Source: Gemmatimonadaceae bacterium (GTDB taxonomy: Bacteria; Gemmatimonadota; Gemmatimonadetes; Gemmatimonadales; Gemmatimonadaceae). From it: a DNA stretch of 13,767 nt. The stretch covers positions 1 through 13,767 of the forward strand of contig JBBDYA010000115.1 in NCBI GenBank assembly GCA_040902005.1. Direction: 5' to 3'. This document shows positions 7,791 to 13,767 of the stretch, piece after piece. The notes under the pieces were generated by a model. The model saw only the letters and a list, made by a program, of their open reading frames with translations, did no database searches and was not told the origin of the DNA. Each line of letters starts with the position of its first letter. Position 1 is the first letter of the stretch. A program made the position numbers and the translations under genes.

Positions 7791-8677
7791 CGGAACAGCT
7801 CCTCCAGCTTGTGGCGGGCCACTTCCATGCGCGCGAGCGGTGCGCCGAGGTCGGCGGCCACGTCCCGGATGGTGTCGTAGGTCTCGTCGCCGCGCAGCGT
7901 GACGTGCAGCCGGAGCGCGGAGCTTTCCACCTCCAGCCCGCGCGCGCGCAACTGCTCGGCGAACTGCGGCACGTCGTCGTCCAGCTCCAGCACCAGGCGC
8001 TGCATGCGGTCGGTGAACGCGGACACCGCGCCCGCGTACTGGAGTTTCCCGGCGTCGATCGCGATGAGCGAATCGCAGACGCGCTCGATTTCGCCCAGCA
8101 GGTGCGACGTGAGGAGGAGGGCGATGCCGAAGGCGCGCCCCGTGCGCTCCACCAGCTCGAGCATCTCGTCGCGGCCGGCGGGGTCGAGTCCGTTGGTGGG
8201 TTCGTCCAGCAGCAGCAACCGGGGATCGTGCACGAGCGCTTGCGCGAGCTTGACGCGCTGCTTCATGCCGGTGGAGTAGCTCCCGATCAGGCGGTAGCGT
8301 TCCTCGTAGAGCCCCACGTGCCGGAGCATCTCGGCGGCGCGCTCGCGCGCGGCGGAGAAGGGGAGTCCGGACATCTGCCCCATGTGGGAGACGAAGTCGG
8401 TGCCGCTCACGTCCAGCGGAAGACAATCGTGCTCGGGCATGTAGCCCACGAGCTTGCGCACCTCCACCGCCTGCGTGCCCACGTCGAATCCCAGGACGGC
8501 GGCGGTGCCGCTGGTGGGCCGCAGCAGGCCCAGGAGGATGCGGAGGAAGGTGGTCTTGCCGGCCCCGTTGGCGCCGACGAAGCCGATGATGCCGGGTTCG
8601 ACGTCGAGGGTCAGCCCGTCGAGGGCGTGGACGTCGCCGTAGTGTTTCGTGAGGTCGCGGGCGGCAATCAGGGGCAC
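7787..8677 (-). CDS. ABC transporter ATP-binding protein (DrrA/CcmA-like exporter type)
   Basis: Walker A GANGAGKT, signature YSTGMKQR, Walker B LLLDEPT, H-loop TSH; GTG start. Confidence 0.93.
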   Translation of the reverse strand: MPLIAARDLTKHYGDVHALDGLTLDVEPGIIGFVGANGAGKTTFLRILLGLLRPTSGTAAVLGFDVGTQAVEVRKLVGYMPEHDCLPLDVSGTDFVSHMGQMSGLPFSAARERAAEMLRHVGLYEERYRLIGSYSTGMKQRVKLAQALVHDPRLLLLDEPTNGLDPAGRDEMLELVERTGRAFGIALLLTSHLLGEIERVCDSLIAIDAGKLQYAGAVSAFTDRMQRLVLELDDDVPQFAEQLRARGLEVESSALRLHVTLRGDETYDTIRDVAADLGAPLARMEVARHKLEELFR

Positions 8678-8718
8678 GGGGGAAGATGCGGGTGGTGGGA
8701 TTGAACTCGCAACCAGGA

Positions 8719-8902
8719 CCAGGGATCCTCCGAAGAATGGAGGCTGGAGGCGCGGTGTGCCGCGTGGCGCGAGCCAGTCTCAACACTTGAACGCCAAGAA
8801 CCAAGCCGGCAGGAGTTCACGATGCACGTTCAAGTATTGAGACTACGCTCGCGCCACGCGGCACACCGCGCCGAGCCAAGTCATTCTTCAGAGGATCCCT
8901 GG
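8719..8902. mobile_element. Long inverted-repeat element, copy 3
   Basis: Arms 8719-8793 and 8827-8902 are near-perfect reverse complements except for one ~9-nt divergent patch; 33-nt loop; ends CCAGGGATCCTC...GAGGATCCCTGG; homologous to copies 2 and 4. Confidence 0.85.
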
Positions 8903-8906
8903 TTCC

Positions 8907-8953
8907 TTGTTGCCACGTGTAGTCTGTCTTACTATATACCTATAGACTCTCTA
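8907..8953 (+). promoter_or_regulatory. Putative sigma70 promoter of padR with a downstream palindromic operator
   Basis: TTGTTG(8907-8912)-17bp-TACTAT(8930-8935), or alternatively TTGCCA(8910-8915)-17bp-TATATA(8933-8938); TAGA-ctc-TCTA palindrome at 8943-8953; AT-rich island. Confidence 0.55.
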
Positions 8954-8968
8954 CCCATTACCCCGTCC

Positions 8969-9295
8969 ATGGCGAAAAGCGACCTCCTGCCCGGCACCCT
9001 CGACATGCTGGTGCTCAAGACCCTGAGCCTCGCGCCGCTGCACGGGTACGCCATCGCGCAGCACATCGAGCGCAGCTCGCAGGAGGTGCTCCAGGTGGAG
9101 CAGGGGTCGCTGTATCCCGCGCTCGAGCGGCTGCAGCGCGACGGGCTGATCACGTCCAAGTGGGGCATGTCGCCCACGGGACGTCGGGCGCGGTACTACA
9201 CGCTCACGGCGTCGGGGCGTCGGCGGCTGGGACAGGAGATCTCGGACTTCGACACGATGCTGCTGGCGATCGGCAGGGTACTGGGGCGCGCCTGA
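8969..9295 (+). CDS. PadR family transcriptional regulator (Acidobacterial type)
   Basis: DLLPGTLDMLVLKTL...PLHGYAIAQHI...VEQGSLYPALERL...GRRARYYTLTASGRRRL; 108 aa; directly upstream of an ADOP permease. Confidence 0.95.
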   Translation: MAKSDLLPGTLDMLVLKTLSLAPLHGYAIAQHIERSSQEVLQVEQGSLYPALERLQRDGLITSKWGMSPTGRRARYYTLTASGRRRLGQEISDFDTMLLAIGRVLGRA

Positions 9296-11964
9296 TGTCC
9301 TGGCTCGACGGCCTTCGCCATCGCGTGCGCGCCGTGCTTCGTCCGGGCGACCACGAGCGGGATCTGCGCGACGAGATGGGATTCCATGAGGACCTCGACG
9401 CCATGCAGCAGCGCGACGTTGGTCGCGCGCGCCTGCGCTTTGGCAACCGCACGTACTATCTGGAGGAAACCCGCGCCATGACGTGGCTTCGCTGGCTGGA
9501 CGTGTTGCGACAGGACCTGGGTTACGCGTGGCGCTCGGTGCGGCGCACGCCGGGATTCACCGCGATGGTCGTGGTGACGCTGGCGCTGGGCATTGGCGTG
9601 AACGCAGCGGTGTTCACCATCCTCGACGTGCTGTACCTGCGGCCCCCGTCCGGTCTCCGGGATGCGGGAGAGCTGCGGCGCGTCTGGTTCGTGACCTCCG
9701 GAAGCAGAATGATGGACGGGAAAGGGAGGACAAGCACCACGGCCAACATGTTCATGTACCGCGCCGTCGTCGAGGCGTCGGGCAGGCCGCGGAACTTTGC
9801 GCTCTACACCACGGACAACGCCCTCACGCTCGGACGCAGCATCGCGGGCCCGACGGTCCGTGGCGTCATGGCGTCCGCCAACTACTTCACCGTGCTGGGC
9901 GCGAAGCTCGCGCTCGGCCGATTCTATACCGCACAGGAAGACTCACTGGGAGCAGGCAGCAGAGTCGTGGTGCTGGGACACCGGTTCTGGCAGCGGGAGT
10001 TCGGCGGCGACACGGCAATGCTCGGGCGGCCCATCGAGATCGGCCTGGAGGCGTACACCGTGATCGGCGTGGTCGCTCCCGAGTTCACTGGACTCGACCT
10101 TCAGGCGGCCGACGCGTGGTTCCCGTTGGGTGCGCCGCCTGGCTGGGGATCGGGCCGGTGGTGGGAATCGCCGAACGCGTGGCGCTTCACCATCATCTTT
10201 CGCTCGTGGGAGGGGGGGGGAGACGCCGAGTTCGAACAGCGCGCCACCGCCGCCTATGTCGCGAGCAATCGGGAAGTCTGGCCCGTGAATCCTGATACGC
10301 TGGGGAGCGTGCGGACGGGCTCGATCATCGAGGCGCGGGGGCCGGGGACGCAGGGACAGGATCTGATCATCAGCACGCGCATCGGCGGCGTGGCCGTCAT
10401 CGTCCTGCTCATCGCCTGCGCCAACGTCATCAACCTGCTGCTGGCGCGCGCGGTGTCGCGGCGGCGAGAGCTGGCCGTCCGGCTCGCGCTGGGCATCTCT
10501 CGCGGCCGACTGATCCGGCTGCTCACCACGGAAACGGTGTTGCTCGCCGCCTTCGCGGGCGCAGCGGCGCTTGCGGCCGCCTGGTGGGGAGGAGCGCTGT
10601 TGCGCGCGCTCCTGTTCCCCGAAGTAACGTGGTACGACTCGGTGCTCCAGTGGCGAGTGGTCGTATTCGGGGCGGCCGTCGCGCTGCTGTGCGGGGTGGT
10701 CGCCGGAATCGTCCCGGCGGTACAGGCGAGCAATCCGCAACTCGTGCCGGCGCTCAAGGAGGGCGCGCGGGAAGGGTCCGCGCATCGGTCGCGACTGCGT
10801 GGTGCGCTGGTCATCACGCAAGCGGCGCTGTCCGTCATGCTGCTCGTTGGCGCTACGCTTTTCGTCCGCAGCCTCCAGAACGTTCAGGGGCTCGACATCG
10901 GTTACGACGCCAAGGTGCTCCTGTTCGGCACCGTCAACTTCGACCAGGGGGAATCCATGCCCGCTTCGGTGAAGGCCGCCGAAATGGCGCGCGTGGCCGA
11001 GCGGTTGCGCGCGCGCCCCGGCGTGGAGGGCGTCGCGGGCGCGCGGTATGCGCCCATGTGGGCCATCAGCTGGATGACGTTCTACTGGGACGCGGACTCG
11101 TCATTTTCGCTCGGTCGAAACATCCCCACGTGGCAGCCGGTGACGTCGAGCTTCTTCGAGACCGTGGGTCTGAGGATTTTGCGTGGCCGCGCGTTCGAGG
11201 ATGGGACCGGCGCGCCGCGCGAGATGGTCGTGGACGAGGCGATGGCGCACCAGCTCTGGCCGGGCGCGGAGGCGCTGGGCCGGTGCATTCGGTTCGAGAA
11301 GCGCGAGAACCCGTGCTATACGGTGGTGGGCATCGCCGAGACCTCCCGGCAATCCCGCGTGATTGAGGAAGGAATGAAGCCGCAGTATTTCATCCCGATC
11401 GGGAATCAGCCCGAGGAGGGGCGGCTGGCCACGCTGCTCATCGTTCGCGCGCGCCCGGACCTGGTGGGCGCGGTGAGCGCGGGGATGACGTCGTCACTGC
11501 GGCAGGCATTCCCGGCTGGACATCCCACGGTGACGCCGATGACGCAGAACCTGGAGCCCGAATATCGCCCGTGGCGGCTGGGTGCGACGCTCTTCACGGC
11601 GTTCGGGATGCTGGCGCTGATCGTCGCCGTCATCGGGATTTACAGCACGGTGGCGTACGGCGTCACGCAGCGGACGCGCGAGTTCGGCGTGCGCATGGCG
11701 CTCGGCGCGCGCGTGGGCGACGTGCTGCGCCTGGTGGTGGGCGAGGGGCTGCGCGTCGTGGTGATCGGCATTGCGGTCGGCATCGCGCTCGCGCTCGCCG
11801 CGGGCAAGCTCATCGCGGCACTGCTCTACGGCGTGGAGGCCAGCGATCCCGGGGTCATGCTGCTGGTGGCGGCGGTGTTGCTGGTGGTGGCGGGACTTGC
11901 TGCGCTGGGGCCGGCATGGAGGGCCGCACGGGTGGATCCGGTGGTGGCGTTGAGGTCGGAATAA
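9295..11964 (+). CDS. ADOP family duplicated permease (MacB-like periplasmic + FtsX domains, twice)
   Basis: Permease-prefix N-terminus (ERDLRDEMGFH...ARLRFGN), QDLGYAWRSVRRTPGFT..TLALGIGVNAAVF, LLIACANVINLLLAR..SRRRELAVRLALG, QRTREFGVRMALGA, C-terminal RAARVDPVVALRSE; ATG overlaps the padR stop (TGATG). Confidence 0.93.
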   Translation: MSWLDGLRHRVRAVLRPGDHERDLRDEMGFHEDLDAMQQRDVGRARLRFGNRTYYLEETRAMTWLRWLDVLRQDLGYAWRSVRRTPGFTAMVVVTLALGIGVNAAVFTILDVLYLRPPSGLRDAGELRRVWFVTSGSRMMDGKGRTSTTANMFMYRAVVEASGRPRNFALYTTDNALTLGRSIAGPTVRGVMASANYFTVLGAKLALGRFYTAQEDSLGAGSRVVVLGHRFWQREFGGDTAMLGRPIEIGLEAYTVIGVVAPEFTGLDLQAADAWFPLGAPPGWGSGRWWESPNAWRFTIIFRSWEGGGDAEFEQRATAAYVASNREVWPVNPDTLGSVRTGSIIEARGPGTQGQDLIISTRIGGVAVIVLLIACANVINLLLARAVSRRRELAVRLALGISRGRLIRLLTTETVLLAAFAGAAALAAAWWGGALLRALLFPEVTWYDSVLQWRVVVFGAAVALLCGVVAGIVPAVQASNPQLVPALKEGAREGSAHRSRLRGALVITQAALSVMLLVGATLFVRSLQNVQGLDIGYDAKVLLFGTVNFDQGESMPASVKAAEMARVAERLRARPGVEGVAGARYAPMWAISWMTFYWDADSSFSLGRNIPTWQPVTSSFFETVGLRILRGRAFEDGTGAPREMVVDEAMAHQLWPGAEALGRCIRFEKRENPCYTVVGIAETSRQSRVIEEGMKPQYFIPIGNQPEEGRLATLLIVRARPDLVGAVSAGMTSSLRQAFPAGHPTVTPMTQNLEPEYRPWRLGATLFTAFGMLALIVAVIGIYSTVAYGVTQRTREFGVRMALGARVGDVLRLVVGEGLRVVVIGIAVGIALALAAGKLIAALLYGVEASDPGVMLLVAAVLLVVAGLAALGPAWRAARVDPVVALRSE

Positions 11965-12053
11965 CTCCACGGCCCTGCCGACCGCGTGCGCTGCGTCACA
12001 TCGGGTCCACCGACTGCCGGCCCTGTATTAACGATGCACCGAGTGCAACGTCC

Positions 12054-12079
12054 ACCGTGCATACCGGCATACCGTGCAT
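12054..12079 (+). repeat. Short tandem repeat upstream of the lipoprotein gene
   Basis: ACCGTGCAT-ACCGGCAT-ACCGTGCAT (three units, middle unit one base shorter). Confidence 0.6.
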
Positions 12080-12118
12080 CGAGCCTGCGTGCACGCCACT
12101 TCATTCGGAGCGCCTCAG

Positions 12119-12922
12119 ATGCGGTTCCTCTCACTGTCGATCGCCGCGGGTGTCGTCCTCGGCCTCTCGTCCTGTACCGAATCCACTGAGCCCTCGCTCT
12201 TCGACGACGACGATGTCGCCGCGGACATTGCCACGAGCGCCGGCGAGGCGATCGCGTCCGCCATCGGCGTCATGAGCACCAACCAGTTGTCGGCTTCGCT
12301 GTCGGTCGCCGAGTCGCACCACGGTGGCCATGGAAACGGCGCCCACGCGGTGGACGTGACGCGGTCGCGGACCTGCCTCGATGCGGACGGCGCCGTCGTG
12401 ACAGGGTGCACGCCGATCGCCGCTGTCAGGAAGATCGTGACGCATGCAACGGTCGACGGCACTCGCGGCGATACCCGCGTGAACCGGCGCGGCGAGACGG
12501 TCACCTGGAGCGGCGCGGTGCACCGCGTGATGGACGATACGCTCACGCGCGTCTTCGACACCGCCGACCCTCCGTCGGAGACGGCGCGCGTTCACGACGG
12601 CGTCGCCACAGCCGACGACACCACCACCTTCACGAACGGAACGATGTCGCGCACCGCGAGCGAATCCGCGATCGATTCCGTCCGCGCGGTCACCTGGAAC
12701 CTCCCGCGCTCGGCGAATCCGTGGCCGGTCTCGGGCTCCATCGTGCGCAACACCGCGGCCACCGTCACAGTCTCCGATGGCGACCGCACCGAGACGCGCT
12801 CGTTCTCGCGCCGGATTCAGGTCACGTTCCCGGCGGACGCGCAGGGCAACGTCACCCTTCAGATCGGCGACCAGGTCTGTCAGCTGAATCTGGTCACGCG
12901 ACGCATCGTGGCTTGTGAATAG
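12119..12922 (+). CDS. Hypothetical lipoprotein
   Basis: MRFLSLSIAAGVVLGLSS-C lipobox; Thr/Val/Asp-rich beta-type mature region; four further Cys in two apparent pairs; GGAG shortly upstream of the ATG at 12119. Confidence 0.8.
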   Translation: MRFLSLSIAAGVVLGLSSCTESTEPSLFDDDDVAADIATSAGEAIASAIGVMSTNQLSASLSVAESHHGGHGNGAHAVDVTRSRTCLDADGAVVTGCTPIAAVRKIVTHATVDGTRGDTRVNRRGETVTWSGAVHRVMDDTLTRVFDTADPPSETARVHDGVATADDTTTFTNGTMSRTASESAIDSVRAVTWNLPRSANPWPVSGSIVRNTAATVTVSDGDRTETRSFSRRIQVTFPADAQGNVTLQIGDQVCQLNLVTRRIVACE

Positions 12923-12990
12923 GAACCAGGACCTCGCCCCAATCGTGGTTCCGCCCAGCGTCCGGCCCGTCCCATGCGATGGAGCGACGC

Positions 12991-13587
12991 ATGCGCGACG
13001 TCATCATTCTGGTCGGGAGCCTGCGCAAGGAATCGTTCACGCGAAAGATCGCGAAGGTCCTCGAGCACGAAGCACCGCAGGCGCTCTCGTGCACATTCGT
13101 CGAGATCGGCGACCTGCCGCTCTACAACCCGGACCTCGAGGCCAAACGACCGCCCGCGGAGTGGGTGGAGTTCCGGGAGCGGGTGCAGCGAGCCGATGCG
13201 GTGCTCTTCGCCACGCCGGAGTACAACCGGTCCGTCCCCGGCGTGCTCAAGAACGCCATCGACGTGGGCTCGCGCCCCATGGAGCACTCGGTCTGGAAGG
13301 GAAAGCCGGCGGCCATTGTCAGCGTATCGCCAGGCGCGATCGCCGGGTTCGGCGCCAACCATCACCTGCGACAGATGCTCGTCTTTCTCGACATGCCCAC
13401 GCTCCAGGCGCCCGAGGCGTACATCGGCGGCGTCAACAAGATGCTCACCGACACGGGGAACCTCACGAGTGACTCCACGCGCCAGTTTCTCGCGAAGTTC
13501 ATGGCGGCGTTCGCGGAGTGGATCGACCGGGTGGGAGCGACGGTGAGCCATAGCGGGGGAAAGTGGGAATCGGGCAGGGGGAATTGA
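12991..13587 (+). CDS. NAD(P)H-dependent FMN reductase (ChrR/YieF-like flavodoxin fold)
   Basis: GSLRKESF, LPLYNPDL, FATPEYNRSVPGVLKNAIDVGSRP, WKGKPAAIVSVSPG, GANHHLRQ; GGAG RBS at 12981-12984 supports ATG at 12991. Confidence 0.93.
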   Translation: MRDVIILVGSLRKESFTRKIAKVLEHEAPQALSCTFVEIGDLPLYNPDLEAKRPPAEWVEFRERVQRADAVLFATPEYNRSVPGVLKNAIDVGSRPMEHSVWKGKPAAIVSVSPGAIAGFGANHHLRQMLVFLDMPTLQAPEAYIGGVNKMLTDTGNLTSDSTRQFLAKFMAAFAEWIDRVGATVSHSGGKWESGRGN

Positions 13588-13590
13588 CTC

Positions 13591-13767
13591 CCAGGGATCC
13601 TCTGAAGAATGAGAAGGCTGGAGGCGCGGTGTGCCGCGTGGCGCGAGTGTAGGCTCAATACGTGAACGTGCATCGTGAAGCTCCTTTCCCGGTCAGAAGC
13701 TGGCGTTCAAGTATTGAGACTGTCTCGCGCCACGCGGCACACCGCGCTCCAGCCTCCATTCTTCAGA
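13591..13767. mobile_element. Long inverted-repeat element, copy 4 (right end cut by the window edge)
   Basis: Left arm 13591-13668, loop 13669-13703, right arm 13704-13767 lacking ~10 terminal bp; highly similar to copy 3 in the opposite orientation. Confidence 0.85.

Noticed and set aside
7791..8804. N-terminal ~340 aa of the 627-aa minus-strand ORF (6921-8804)
   Set aside because: An Arg/Pro-rich shadow frame overlapping the real ATPase gene (7787-8677); the permease starts at GTG 7790, coupled to the ATPase stop.
10213..10220. G8 homopolymer in the ADOP gene (also C8 at 6183-6190) as a phase-variation tract
   Set aside because: Both are in frame, encode Gly runs, and are short enough to be expected in a high-GC genome.
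7787..11964. ABC ATPases as the missing partner of the ADOP permease
   Set aside because: They are DrrA/CcmA-type with their own ABC-2 permeases, not LolD/MacB-type ATPases, and they are divergently transcribed.
152..13551. Numerous other overlapping ORFs in the six-frame track
   Set aside because: Alternative-frame or antisense ORFs rich in Arg/Ala/Pro, typical of high-GC DNA, overlapping well-supported genes.
13362..13673. 103-aa minus-strand ORF starting inside copy 4
   Set aside because: Mostly antisense to the FMN reductase with no recognisable domain; not called as a CDS (its SD+ATG is discussed as a finding).
5068..13767. CRISPR array or integron attC cassette interpretation of the repeats
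   Set aside because: The repeats are dispersed, not tandem with short spacers; no cas or intI genes; genes between copies are multi-gene, in both orientations and housekeeping-like; no RYYYAAC/GTTRRRY outer cores.

Overview
A GC-rich bacterial window. The gene content (Acidobacterial-type PadR plus ADOP permease, a secreted propeller-like protein, a signal-peptide PAP2) suggests Gemmatimonadota or Acidobacteriota, which is inference only. It carries 12 well-supported CDSs: a secreted amidohydrolase, a class I PLP aminotransferase, a PAP2 phosphatase, a secreted hypothetical protein, a four-gene ABC-2 operon (ATPase-permease-ATPase-permease), padR-ADOP permease, a lipoprotein and an NAD(P)H-dependent FMN reductase. 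The most striking non-coding signal is a family of intergenic long inverted-repeat elements, with four copies in 13.8 kb (2907-2976, 5068-5258, 8719-8902, 13591 to the window end). All have C(T/C)AG-GGA(AG/TC)CTCTGAA-like ends resembling IS5-subgroup termini. The three long copies have ~75-78 bp arms that co-vary within each copy, a conserved arm asymmetry and a 33-36 nt loop. In two copies the loop keeps an AGGAG...ATG motif, and in one of them that ATG is in frame with padR. No transposase is present. The copies overlap host stop codons, provide a bidirectional terminator and contribute one protein C-terminus.
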